DNA of 64,000 bases, taken from NCBI GenBank assembly GCA_965197525.1, contig OZ240211.1:1600001-1664000 (forward strand), given 5' to 3'. The notes below the pieces were generated by a model that did not search any database, was not told the DNA's origin, and saw only the letters and a program-made list of their open reading frames with translations. The first letter of the stretch is position 1; every line of letters starts with the position of its first letter. Below are positions 29,160 through 39,762 of this stretch, piece after piece. The position numbers and the translations under genes were made by a program. This DNA is from Nitrosopumilus sp. (GTDB taxonomy: Archaea > Thermoproteota > Nitrososphaeria > Nitrososphaerales > Nitrosopumilaceae).

Positions 29160-31298
29160 TTGATAGCAAACACCAAACTTGTAACTATAGGACGTTTTGA
29201 TTTAAAATTAAACCATCTGTTAATAATTGGAATTCTTGTTTTGTCATTTAGCATATCATTTCTTCTTCGTGCACAGCCTGCCGATTTTGGTTTTGAACTA
29301 AACGAATTTGATCCTTTTTTTAATTATCGGGCAACTCAGTATATAGTTGATAATGGTATACCTGCATATTATGAATGGAACGACGATCTAAGTTGGTATC
29401 CTCATGGTAGAAACGTTTCAGGCAACTCCCAGATAGCTCTTCATGTAACGGCTGCTATAACGTACTGGATGTTTGGTGGCAACACTGATCTTTATGACTT
29501 TACCATCATATTCCCGGCAGTTTTTGGTGCTTTATCCTCAATTGTAATATTTGCACTGGTGCGAGTTATTGGGGGTACTACTGCTGGATTATTTGCCGCA
29601 TTGTTGTTTTCAACTGCTTTGCCTATTCTGATTAGAGGTCCGATTGGATGGTTTAAATCAGAACCATTTGGATTATTCTTGGCTATTTTAGCTACCTATC
29701 TGTTATTAAGCGGAATCAATACTCGCAATAAAAAAATTGTATTTGCCAAGCTCATAGGAGCTGGATTCTTTACTTCATTTGCCATTTCAGCTTGGGGCGG
29801 AAATCTGTTCTTTATGCTCGTCGTCAGTCTGTTTTTTGTTACTTTGCCATTTTTGCGAAATGATCATAAATTTCTAATAACAATGATTCCTTTTTACACC
29901 GCTATTGTGTTTTTGACAACTTTTGCGTTTCCTCGAGTTGTCTCTACTTTTACATTTGGACTGGCAGGCATTGCATTACTAGTATCTACTGCATTTCTTG
30001 TGGCGTGTATTTTAATTCAACACAAGAGCTCAAAAAATAAGACAAGAAATGGGTTGCTGTTTTTACTGATTCTTTTAGTAACTGTCCCAACTGCGTTATT
30101 AATTAACGCGGAATTCCAATTTCTGCCATCTACTAGTCACAGATATCTTAATGCTCTAAACCCATTCTTAACTACAACAAACCCGTTAGTCGATTCCGTG
30201 TCTGAACACGGAACTACTACACCGGCACAATCGTTTTTGTTTCATTCATCTTTGATGGCATTTGCAGGTATGGGGGTTTGGCTTGTCATTAAAAATCTCC
30301 AAAGCAAAACTCATAATTTCTTGAAAAATGATATGATAGCATTTTCATTAATTCTAAGCTTTATTGGTGTTTATCTTAGCTCTACATTTGTTAGATTGGA
30401 AACCTTTGGGTCTATATCTGTTATTTTATTGGCATCTTTGGGATTAACTATACTGGCAAAACATTTCTTCACTAAAAATCCTGAATCTCGTAAATTACCT
30501 AGCATGTCATTACAGCTATCATTTGTTGCAGGGGTCACTATTCTTTTAATGGTGCCATTGGTATATCCTGTTAATTCTGAGGTATCTACTCTCGTTGACA
30601 TTCCTCCTACTATTCTCACTGGCGCCACTGGATATCCGGTTACCACCAATGATTGGTTAGATGCTTTGGATTGGATTAAAAACAATACTCCAAAAGATGC
30701 CGTTTTTGCATCTTGGTGGGATTACGGTTATTGGATAGCTACAATGGGTGAACGAGCAACACTGGCAGATAATTCAACTAGTTATACAAGCATAATTGAA
30801 AATATCGCAAGAATCTTCTTCTCTGATCCTGACACGGCATGGGTTGCTCTTAACGAAACACAGTCTGACTATTTTCTTATTTTTATAGCTGGTGAGAATC
30901 TGAGTAATGACGCTAATAATCCACTGTATGTACTGGGAGGTGGTGGAGATGAATCTAAAAAACAATGGTTCCTTCGAATTGCAGGGTATGATCTCTCAAA
31001 ATATCTACATTCAGATGGAATTAGTGCTACTGATTCTTTTCATAATGAAACCTTACTTGGTCAGATGACTCCATTCTCTTTACTGGTATACGTTAATCCT
31101 GCCGATTTTAATCAACAGTCTGATACTTATCTTCCCGGTATGACTGGTTTGTATTCCCAGGATATCAAATATCCTGCTGATGGTGACGGACCACTAAGAC
31201 TTGTTTATGCCTCTCCTAGTTTTGTTAGCGAGAAATCAGGACCTATGCACGGGATCTTTATTTACGAAATTAACAAGGATTATCAGCCTTCCTCCTGA
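29160..31298 (+). CDS. aglB: Oligosaccharyltransferase STT3/AglB
   Basis: EFDP, multiple TM helices, WWDYG and ADN motifs. Confidence 0.93.
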   Translation: MIANTKLVTIGRFDLKLNHLLIIGILVLSFSISFLLRAQPADFGFELNEFDPFFNYRATQYIVDNGIPAYYEWNDDLSWYPHGRNVSGNSQIALHVTAAITYWMFGGNTDLYDFTIIFPAVFGALSSIVIFALVRVIGGTTAGLFAALLFSTALPILIRGPIGWFKSEPFGLFLAILATYLLLSGINTRNKKIVFAKLIGAGFFTSFAISAWGGNLFFMLVVSLFFVTLPFLRNDHKFLITMIPFYTAIVFLTTFAFPRVVSTFTFGLAGIALLVSTAFLVACILIQHKSSKNKTRNGLLFLLILLVTVPTALLINAEFQFLPSTSHRYLNALNPFLTTTNPLVDSVSEHGTTTPAQSFLFHSSLMAFAGMGVWLVIKNLQSKTHNFLKNDMIAFSLILSFIGVYLSSTFVRLETFGSISVILLASLGLTILAKHFFTKNPESRKLPSMSLQLSFVAGVTILLMVPLVYPVNSEVSTLVDIPPTILTGATGYPVTTNDWLDALDWIKNNTPKDAVFASWWDYGYWIATMGERATLADNSTSYTSIIENIARIFFSDPDTAWVALNETQSDYFLIFIAGENLSNDANNPLYVLGGGGDESKKQWFLRIAGYDLSKYLHSDGISATDSFHNETLLGQMTPFSLLVYVNPADFNQQSDTYLPGMTGLYSQDIKYPADGDGPLRLVYASPSFVSEKSGPMHGIFIYEINKDYQPSS

Positions 31299-31790
31299 TA
31301 TTTGAGAATATTTTTGAGCATTAGAATTTAGCATATCAGTCAAGAGACTCATTTTGTGACAGATTTTTAGTATCAAGCAACTAATTGGAGATCACTATTT
31401 CCATACATGCTAGTTTGCTGTGACATTCTGTTAGTTTTCATTTCAAACAATTAATTTTCAGTTACAAGTTCTACCATCTCTGATAAATTCCATCTCTTTT
31501 TTGATTGCATTACTTTGACAATTCTCCTACTTTAACGAGATTGTTAGCTCTGCACGCAAGTACCGTAATTTGCTTATGGTAACTATACAATCTAAATCAA
31601 AAAAAAAAAAATAATAACGCAATTCATCATACAGAGGCAAAACTCTAAGCGTGGATTTGAGTGTATACTTTTTACACTCATGTTTTAAATTTTTGAAAAT
31701 TATCTGATTATTTTTCCTAATTCTAATACTGTAAAACATGGGAACAAAATCTGCACACAATTTAATTATGTAATTTATCAAGGTTGAGTC

Positions 31791-32111
31791 GTGAGCCAAC
31801 AAGAACAGATCTCAGTAAACATAGGACCATGGGTTCTATTGAGCAGCTTGAGAGATGATACTAATCCCTCTGATGTCGAGAGATTAGTTCCTCAAATTCA
31901 AGCATTAGTAGATGACTGGCAGTCTGCTGGGAAGATAATGTGGTCCGGACCATTAGACAATGAAAAGTCTGGAATGGCAATATTTGAGGCAGAAGAGCAT
32001 GATGCAAAGGATATTTTCAACAAATATAACAAAATATGTAACGGCATCTTGGACTGTTATTTGTACCAGTGGGATGCCATGCCATTACTGTCTGTCTTGT
32101 CGCGGAAGTAA
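31791..32111 (+). CDS. YciI-like dimeric alpha/beta-barrel protein
   Basis: GKIMWSGP...GMAIFEA pattern. Confidence 0.6.
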   Translation: MSQQEQISVNIGPWVLLSSLRDDTNPSDVERLVPQIQALVDDWQSAGKIMWSGPLDNEKSGMAIFEAEEHDAKDIFNKYNKICNGILDCYLYQWDAMPLLSVLSRK

Positions 32112-32126
32112 TCAACCATTTTTTTT

Positions 32127-32270
32127 ATGATGAAAATGAATGCAGAATTATGTAGATTTTGTGGATGTCAAGTTCGAGAGTTTGACAAATGTTCAAAATG
32201 TGGGTTGGTGATCCTCACTGTGTGTAAATGCTGTAGCCAGATTCGAAGCGTACAGACACATCTTCACTGA
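32127..32270 (+). CDS. Small zinc-finger protein (47 aa, absent from the ORF track)
   Basis: MMKMNAELCRFCGCQVREFDKCSKCGLVILTVCKCCSQIRSVQTHLH: three CxxC motifs plus HxH. Confidence 0.65.
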   Translation: MMKMNAELCRFCGCQVREFDKCSKCGLVILTVCKCCSQIRSVQTHLH

Positions 32271-32496
32271 ATACTGATCGTATAGTGCCTCATCATATCT
32301 CCAAAATCTAACATAAGCATGATATTGTGAAGATCTTTAAATCAAAAAGATGATAATGTAATTCATCATACAGGAGAAACTCTAGGCATAGTTACGTATG
32401 TTTTAACCTTTGATCTAATTTTTCAGCTAATCTTATTCTATATTACATTTGTATGATAGACTGAAGATTTTTAACGATCTGTTCTTAGATTTAACC

Positions 32497-32706
32497 ATGG
32501 CCGGAATTTTCGATTCTATACCTGCTATTACTCTAATTATGTTTGTAGTTGGCATAGTTGGCATATTTGCTTATGAAAAATTACGATCTCAAGATTCTGA
32601 AAAACCACAGGATTCTGAAAAACCACAACACTCTGATTCTAAAACACATTACCCCAAGAATTTGAAAAAACATCGCTCTAAAAAATCCAAAAAATCAAAT
32701 TCCTGA
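32497..32706 (+). CDS. Small membrane protein with a basic tail and an 18-bp tandem duplication (QDSEKP x2)
   Basis: N-terminal TM helix and Lys-rich C-terminus. Confidence 0.55.
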   Translation: MAGIFDSIPAITLIMFVVGIVGIFAYEKLRSQDSEKPQDSEKPQHSDSKTHYPKNLKKHRSKKSKKSNS

Positions 32707-32903
32707 GTCTTTCCAAGTCAAATCTAATTACTAAAATATCTGTATTTAGACATCAAAAAACCATCATTTTGAAACAATTCTACTAAGACTTGACACTATT
32801 TCAAAATATTGTTGCTGTTCTAATCCACCTGCAATCATATCTAATTACTATCTGTCATATGTTTTTGTAGATGTGAATTAACAAAAAATATGAACAATTA
32901 TGT

Positions 32904-34619
32904 TTAGTTTTTACTTAGCAAATAATTTCCAATCGCAAGATGTTTTAACCCTGATTTTTTTAGAGTATAAATCGCATTTGCCGGAGTGCACACAATTGGA
33001 TATCCGTGTAAGTTAAATGAAGTATTAAGCAATGCTGGAATTCCTGTATGTTTTTCAAAACTTTTAATTAAATTATAGTATGCTGGATTGTATTCTTTTT
33101 CAAGAAGTTGAGGCCTTGCCGTAAAATCGTAAGAATGGATTGCAGCTGCTAGCTCTGTCTGAGCTCTCTTTTTTGTATGAAAACCCATTACCATATATGG
33201 CGCTTTGATTCCCTTTGGATTCTCAATATACTTGTGCTGTTCCTCTGCAATAATTGATGGTGCAAATGGCATCCAAAAATCTCGTTGTTTGATTGCTAAA
33301 TTAATATCTCTAATCTTGTCAAAACTACTTGGATCTGCTAGAATACTTCTATTTCCCAACGAGCGTGCTCCCCATTCCATTCTGTCTTTAAATCTTGCAA
33401 CGATCTCTCCTTCTGCTAATAGTTCTGCTATGTGATCTTGATTATCCTCATTGTATTGAATTGAAAATTCTTTCTCTGGTCCTACATATTTTTTGATCTC
33501 CTCTTCAATCTCCGAATCTGAAAATTCCATGCCCAGATAAATTTGACCTAACGGTTCCAAACATATCTTTTCACCTGTCTCCTCAAGAATGCTAGAGTAT
33601 GCATACATTGCTGCACCTATCGCAAGCGATTCATCTCCTCCGCTTGGAAAAATAAAAATCTCATCAACAAGATCCAATTCTGAAATCTGCATGTTTGCCT
33701 TGACATTCATAAACACGCCTCCTGCGCAAACAATTCTTTTACAACCTGTTTTTCTTACAGCATTAACTACCCATTTTTTTAAAAGCTCTTCAGTTAACTG
33801 TTGAATTCCACCTGCAATCCAATCAAATCGATGATTTTCTAATCTTGTTTTTAAAAAATTATAACTATAATTCATGGATAATTTTGATTTCATGCTAAAC
33901 TCTAAACTTGATTCTTTTACTTCCAGCATTTCATCCAAAACTTTTTTTGATTTTGCAACCCCTGTCTCATCAGCATATGGGGCTAACCCCATAATCTTGT
34001 ATTCGTGTTCCCAAGGCCTCATTCCTAAAAGTAGTGTAACTCTAGAATAGATCTTACCTAACGATGCACTATTCTTAGTCTGTGATATTTTTGTAATTCT
34101 TCCACTCTTGCCAATATTTACAGTAGCGCATATTCCATCACCTGAACCATCACAAGTGAGAATCAAAACTTCGTCTTCATTTATCCATGATGATGCTAGA
34201 TATGCTGATGCAGCATGTGCTAGGTGATGTTCTACAACCAATATTTTCTTTTCATCAATTTTGAGATGGTTAATGATGGCCTTCTTTCTATCATTTAATC
34301 TACTTTCAAAATCAATTTTGCTATCTTTATTTTGTTCTTCTTTTAACTGATCCTCATAACCAACTTTATACCAATCCCAGTTTGAATAGAATTTTTTTTC
34401 ATGACTAAATTTTCCAGCTAATGCAATCAGTTGAATCTCTTCGGGGGTTACATTTGATAATTGAAGAATCTTTTCAATGGCCAGTTTTGGATATCCTGCT
34501 TCATTTTTGTTTCTTGTTATTCTTTCTTCTGAAATTGCATATTCTATTTTCCCATTTCTAAAAAGACATGCGCCTGCTGCGTGACCATCAGTAATGCCTA
34601 ATATCAGAATATCGTTCAA
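32904..34619 (-). CDS. Carbamoyltransferase (NodU/CmcH family)
   Basis: EERITR.K, EHH.AHAASA, DGSGD, E.G.R.LGNRSILADP and LLNTSFN motifs. Confidence 0.95.
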   Translation of the reverse strand: MNDILILGITDGHAAGACLFRNGKIEYAISEERITRNKNEAGYPKLAIEKILQLSNVTPEEIQLIALAGKFSHEKKFYSNWDWYKVGYEDQLKEEQNKDSKIDFESRLNDRKKAIINHLKIDEKKILVVEHHLAHAASAYLASSWINEDEVLILTCDGSGDGICATVNIGKSGRITKISQTKNSASLGKIYSRVTLLLGMRPWEHEYKIMGLAPYADETGVAKSKKVLDEMLEVKESSLEFSMKSKLSMNYSYNFLKTRLENHRFDWIAGGIQQLTEELLKKWVVNAVRKTGCKRIVCAGGVFMNVKANMQISELDLVDEIFIFPSGGDESLAIGAAMYAYSSILEETGEKICLEPLGQIYLGMEFSDSEIEEEIKKYVGPEKEFSIQYNEDNQDHIAELLAEGEIVARFKDRMEWGARSLGNRSILADPSSFDKIRDINLAIKQRDFWMPFAPSIIAEEQHKYIENPKGIKAPYMVMGFHTKKRAQTELAAAIHSYDFTARPQLLEKEYNPAYYNLIKSFEKHTGIPALLNTSFNLHGYPIVCTPANAIYTLKKSGLKHLAIGNYLLSKN

Positions 34620-34697
34620 AACTTTAAATAAATCGCACTTTAAATAAATTTCTGACTATCCCATATAATCTTTAATTGATTTTAAAATTTTTCAAAG

Positions 34698-34770
34698 TAG
34701 CCCGGCCCAGACTCGAACTGGGGTCAAAGGCTCCAAAGGCCTCCATGCTTGACCGCTACACTACCGGGCT
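34698..34770 (-). tRNA. tRNA-Gln(TTG)
   Basis: Cloverleaf AGCCCGG/CCGGGCU; anticodon arm GAGGC-CU UUG GA-GCCUU. Confidence 0.95.
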
Positions 34771-34843
34771 GCTCAAATTTTTCTATTTTAATTTCCATTA
34801 AAATGTTATTCATCAAACTCTCTTAAAACCAATTCAAGTTTTT

Positions 34844-35848
34844 CTAATGGAAACTCTCCATCTTTTTCAATTCATCTCTTGCGCGTTTTTTAATCGTATC
34901 TCGCTTTTTATGCAACATCTCTAAAACTAATTTATCAATATCATTGATTTTATCAGCCCTTGTCACTAATTTTTTCTCAACTAGGTACTCTTCTATGATA
35001 TTTGGAACTGCATTATATGATATTGTTGGAATTCCTCTTAGAGCCGATTCAGCAGTCATCGTGCCACCAGATCCTACAAAGACATCAGTCATTGCTAAGA
35101 TTTCTCTACTATCCACAGATTTTTTTAATACAATAATACGATTATCTAAATTCTTTTTTAGTTGGTCTATTTCTTTGGAATATCTTCCCAGCACCATTAC
35201 GTTGACATCTTTAATCTCTGCAAGTTTATTGATTATTTTTGCAATGTTGACATCCTTTTTTGTATACGATGCGTATGATTCGTATGTTCTAAACAAAATA
35301 TTTCTTTTACCTTTTCTGTTAATTTTTGGAACTGTTTTTTTGTTTCTTCTTTGCCTTTGTTTTATTATAAAACCTGCATCTATTGCTTTGTAACTAATAA
35401 CATTTTTTGCAGCAATTCCATACTTTGTAAACTCTTTTTTTGGAATTACCCATGGGGCCAATAATTTCTGAATTAGAGGAATGGTTAGGTTCATCACAGC
35501 CTCGCCATGAGGTGTATCGGAAAAAGCTACATGTTTAATCTGCAACCCATATGAAATTCTTGCAGCATCTGGTGAACAAGAACTAATTGTTATATCGGGC
35601 TTAAAATTCTCAATAATTGGCATCAATTTTTTCATCCTGTTAATATTTGCCTTTAGTTTTTCTGATTTTTCTATCCCTCCATGTTTTCCTATAACTAACA
35701 CATTTGATCGGCCCATTTTTATTAAATGATTTACCTCTCGATAGTTTCTTGTTGTACACAGAACCTGATGTTTTTTTCTTAATCTTTCTGCCATTGGCTC
35801 AAAAAACAATAGTTGTTTTGGCGTAAGAATATCTATCCATATTTTCAA
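34844..35848 (-). CDS. DUF354 family protein (GT-B glycosyltransferase-like)
   Basis: MKIWIDILTPKQ, SPDAAR..YGL and GSGGTMTAESAL.G.PTIS motifs. Confidence 0.88.
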   Translation of the reverse strand: MKIWIDILTPKQLLFFEPMAERLRKKHQVLCTTRNYREVNHLIKMGRSNVLVIGKHGGIEKSEKLKANINRMKKLMPIIENFKPDITISSCSPDAARISYGLQIKHVAFSDTPHGEAVMNLTIPLIQKLLAPWVIPKKEFTKYGIAAKNVISYKAIDAGFIIKQRQRRNKKTVPKINRKGKRNILFRTYESYASYTKKDVNIAKIINKLAEIKDVNVMVLGRYSKEIDQLKKNLDNRIIVLKKSVDSREILAMTDVFVGSGGTMTAESALRGIPTISYNAVPNIIEEYLVEKKLVTRADKINDIDKLVLEMLHKKRDTIKKRARDELKKMESFH

Positions 35849-36196
35849 GTATTTTTTTTTGGCGTATCATATATAATAAATTTTATTATCTTACTATGTA
35901 TTTATTTTGTACAAGGTGATTCTTCTCCTAAATTACAAGATCAAATTTCTTGAAGAAGAAGAAGAAGAAAAGATCGATCTGATGTTGAATAGAACCAAAG
36001 ATGTGTGTGGGAAATTAAATGTCACCGGATCAGTTTGATGATAAAAACAGACGTTCATAATCTTGAATAAATACTCTGAGGATTCATGTTTAGCCCTTGC
36101 TGAAATGCAGTTGTCTCGTTAATCTTTCATCTGTCATATGGTTTACCGAGCTTACGTAACCGTAGGAGTGTATAGAAAATGAAAAGGTTGGGTTTT

Positions 36197-36766
36197 TTAG
36201 ATCACTTGCCAGGGTCGTGTTGCAAACGTAATAACATATCCAACACCGATAATTATTGATTGATATGCGATGTTAACATATGGAATAGGTTTGATAATTG
36301 GATCTCCTTCAACAACTACTGTTTGACCTGGACCGAGTCCTGGACCAACTTGTGCAACATTGAGCTGTGTGTGTACATGATATACACCGGCTTCAAGTGC
36401 TTTAGCTGATAGTGAATATGAGACTATACCGTTTCCTTCGATGTCAAAGACATTACCTGGTGGATCTCTTGCTAACATCTCCCATCTATTGCCTGCATTG
36501 GTTGACTCTGTGAAAATAGATAGCCATCCTCTCAGATCTCTTTCTACTAGACTGATTAGTGTTCCCTGAACTGTCAAGGTTTCACCTGTCTGTAGAGAGC
36601 CTCTGTTGAAGGTTTCATCTTCAATTCTGATGAAACGACTCTGGAGTTGTGCTTGGACACCGTGTGCATCTGCTGCCGGAAGCACGAATTCAACCCAGTT
36701 GAAACCTAACGTTCCTAGCGCAAGTACTACAGCAAGTCCAAATACGAAAATTCTTTTTTCGACCAT
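36197..36766 (-). CDS. amoB: Archaeal ammonia monooxygenase subunit B
   Basis: Signal peptide followed by AHGVQAQLQSRF; GVYHVHTQLNV. Confidence 0.98.
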   Translation of the reverse strand: MVEKRIFVFGLAVVLALGTLGFNWVEFVLPAADAHGVQAQLQSRFIRIEDETFNRGSLQTGETLTVQGTLISLVERDLRGWLSIFTESTNAGNRWEMLARDPPGNVFDIEGNGIVSYSLSAKALEAGVYHVHTQLNVAQVGPGLGPGQTVVVEGDPIIKPIPYVNIAYQSIIIGVGYVITFATRPWQVI

Positions 36767-37016
36767 AGTTATCCCTATTATTGAGGAAATAACAGACATC
36801 GTTATATGTTTTACCTTTAGCGTGATTATAATCTATAATTATGTTTATCATCGATGTTATACATCAAATCGTCTAAAAAAACAATTAAATTATTATACTT
36901 TAAATCTGAAATCTTATAAATATTTCAATATTTAAATTAAATAATGATAAATATAATAAAACATCTAATGTTTATCTAACTCTTACTTTATATTTAGAAT
37001 TAACAGTACTATTAAT

Positions 37017-37580
37017 ATGGCACAGATGCCCGCATTAATCCCAAAAGAAGTTGAGATTCAGAGACTTAAAAAAATCTGGCTCATCGTTATTGCAATGGGT
37101 TCTACTGCAGCATCAGTCGAAGTAGATAACTTCGTTGATGGTTCTCTACATCAAACCTCTATCAGAGACAGTGCATTTACACCAGCACACTGGTGGCTTT
37201 ATTCCCACTTTGTGGCATTACCACTTGGATGGGGAGCAGCTGCAATCTATGATAGAAAAGTTCCAGTTCTTAGAGGTCCTAATAATTCAATGAACACTGG
37301 TTTAAAGATGACTATTCTTGGTTACCTTGCAACTATGTTTACAATTGGGGTCAACGAGATGTGGCACTTTTGGTTTGTAGAAGAAATCTTTGCCGTTCCA
37401 AATCACTGGATGTTTAACATGGGTGTGGTAGTAGCATTCATGGGTGCACTTGCTTATGTGGTAAGAGTATACGCTCGCCTCGTAGAATTGGGTGCAGAAA
37501 CTCCAGGTGAGAATCCATATGTTGCAGAAATGTACAAGATGGCACTGGAAGGCAAATTATACAGTAGATCAATTCCATAG
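37017..37580 (+). CDS. amoC: Archaeal ammonia monooxygenase subunit C
   Basis: MAQMPALIPKEVEIQRL, VDGSLHQ and NEMWHFWFVEEIF motifs. Confidence 0.99.
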   Translation: MAQMPALIPKEVEIQRLKKIWLIVIAMGSTAASVEVDNFVDGSLHQTSIRDSAFTPAHWWLYSHFVALPLGWGAAAIYDRKVPVLRGPNNSMNTGLKMTILGYLATMFTIGVNEMWHFWFVEEIFAVPNHWMFNMGVVVAFMGALAYVVRVYARLVELGAETPGENPYVAEMYKMALEGKLYSRSIP

Positions 37581-37960
37581 ATAAAATGTGCGTAACGCAC
37601 TTTTTTTTTCTTTATTATTTTCAAAACAACATCCTAGTGGTATAGCTCTTTGTCTTTGACTGAAATTATTTACCAGTTATTAGTTATTCATATAAAATGA
37701 TTTTATTATTATATGAATTTTAAATCATAATATCCCAAGTTCTGTTTTTTGCTATATGTTGTTTTATCGCCTCAAACTCGCCTTGGTGTTTCTGTGTTGT
37801 TTGATTTTTGGAGATGTTGTTACAGAGTTTTAGACGTAGATGTTATTTTGCATATGGCTTGACAGTACTTTTGATTTTTCCAATCATTATCACCATGACG
37901 GTTTTTAATCGATAATATTCTAGATTAAACTAAACTGTTTTTAAGATTGTATATACCTGT

Positions 37961-38088
37961 CAATCTCAATTTTAAGAAAAACCTGATCAGCATTATAACC
38001 TTAATTTGAAAAAATCTAGATTCTACTATGATGGTTTGTGATACTAGATAGCACAATCTCAATTTTAAGAAAAACCTGATCAGCATTA
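37961..38088. repeat. Pair of perfect 35-bp direct repeats (93-bp period) in the amoC-amoX spacer
   Basis: caatctcaattttaagaaaaacctgatcagcatta at 37961-37995 and 38054-38088. Confidence 0.92.
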
Positions 38089-38532
38089 CGATTTTAGCTT
38101 GTAAAAAAAAAGTCATAGATGCTGTCGCAGTGGTTTATGTCACTAGTTTTGATTCTTGTGTAAATTATGCTAATAGAGCCGCCAACCCAAATTTAGTCAA
38201 ATAGAGTTTTATTTGGACCATCTTACCTGTTGTACATTTCTTTTATAGGTACAAATCACAACTCATTAGCTGACTAGTATCTGGATTTCCTGCCGTGTCT
38301 CAAATTTGATTTATTCTATCTTCGGTAGTAGTCTTCCATACTGATATCTTTTTGATAGTATAATAACACGATATGGTATCTTAATCTGGCAATTATTTCT
38401 GAGACTATCTCACAGCAGTGATGCACTCTTGTACTGCCATTTTACAATTAATTTTGTTAAAATATCATATAAACAGCCTTTTGGGTCAGATTAAGAAAGA
38501 CTTAAAAGAATCTGATTTAGAATAATTCTAGA

Positions 38533-38895
38533 ATGACTCTTCCTAAAGGATTTGGTTCTGGCGGCGCTGGTGGTTCATCAAGCGCTGACGTAGAACGAAT
38601 GATTGGAAAACGCGTTGAAAACATGACTGGTATGATAACAATTTCATTCTGGGCAGCATGGTTAGCAACTTTTGGTGGTACTGCAGCAGGATATTTCTAT
38701 TATCCATGGGCATATCCAACACCTAGTGGTCACTTTGCATTCATCGTATTAACAATCATTGAGGCAATAGGTTACATCTTCTGTGTTAAAGTCATGGAAG
38801 AAGGTTCCAACAAGAATAGTAATGGTATCGTTGGCGGTAGCGTTGCTGCAGTTGCAGCCGGTACAGTACTCATATCACTATACGTTGGTAACTAG
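38533..38895 (+). CDS. amoX: AMO subunit X
   Basis: MTLPKGFG...YYPWAYPTPSGHFAF; immediately upstream of amoA. Confidence 0.93.
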   Translation: MTLPKGFGSGGAGGSSSADVERMIGKRVENMTGMITISFWAAWLATFGGTAAGYFYYPWAYPTPSGHFAFIVLTIIEAIGYIFCVKVMEEGSNKNSNGIVGGSVAAVAAGTVLISLYVGN

Positions 38896-38999
38896 AAGGA
38901 AATTCCTTCAGACACTTCTTTTTAATTTTGATTTTAGTTAAAAATCAGCAATATTTGTAATTCTAAAATTTTATATACTGACCGGTTTATCAAATTTAC

Positions 39000-39650
39000 A
39001 TGGTCTGGTTAAGACGATGTACCCACTACTTGTTCATAGTAGTAGTTGCAGTTAACTCAACACTGTTAACGATTAACGCAGGAGACTACATCTTCTACAC
39101 TGACTGGGCTTGGACTTCGTACACGGTATTCTCAATATCGCAAACGTTGATGCTTATTGTAGGTGCTACATATTACCTTACATTTACAGGCGTTCCAGGC
39201 ACAGCGACGTACTACGCCCTAATTATGACAGTATACACATGGATAGCTAAAGGCGCATGGTTTGCACTTGGATATCCATATGACTTCATTGTAACTCCAG
39301 TTTGGTTACCATCAGCAATGCTGTTGGACCTGGTCTACTGGGCGACAAAGAAGAACAAACATTCTTTGATACTGTTCGGCGGTGTACTAGTAGGAATGTC
39401 GTTACCGTTGTTCAACATGGTAAACCTGATAACAGTCGCAGACCCACTAGAAACGGCGTTTAAATATCCAAGGCCAACGTTACCACCTTACATGACACCG
39501 ATAGAGCCGCAGGTCGGCAAATTCTATAATAGTCCGGTAGCACTTGGTGCTGGCGCTGGTGCTGTATTGGCGTGTACGTTTGCAGCGTTAGGTTGTAAGC
39601 TTAATACTTGGACATACCGATGGATGGCCGCTTGGTCAAAGTGGGATTAA
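39000..39650 (+). CDS. amoA: Archaeal ammonia monooxygenase subunit A
   Basis: MVWLRRCTHY, AGDYIFYTDWAW and WMAAWSKWD; 216 aa. Confidence 0.99.
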   Translation: MVWLRRCTHYLFIVVVAVNSTLLTINAGDYIFYTDWAWTSYTVFSISQTLMLIVGATYYLTFTGVPGTATYYALIMTVYTWIAKGAWFALGYPYDFIVTPVWLPSAMLLDLVYWATKKNKHSLILFGGVLVGMSLPLFNMVNLITVADPLETAFKYPRPTLPPYMTPIEPQVGKFYNSPVALGAGAGAVLACTFAALGCKLNTWTYRWMAAWSKWD

Positions 39651-39762
39651 AAAAAATCCAACCTTTTTCATTTTATTATACGTCTTTAGATGATTCTATA
39701 CAGTTTTAGCAATATCTTGAATCAGTTGCATATTTTTATTGTACGCATTTTTGTATTATTGT

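Noticed and set aside
31300-34770. Integrated island with an att duplication of the tRNA-Gln 3' end
   Set aside because: I found no second copy of the tRNA 3' sequence and no integrase.
37961-38088. CRISPR mini-array
   Set aside because: Only two repeat copies, a 58-bp spacer, no palindrome or typical CRISPR end, and no cas genes in the window.
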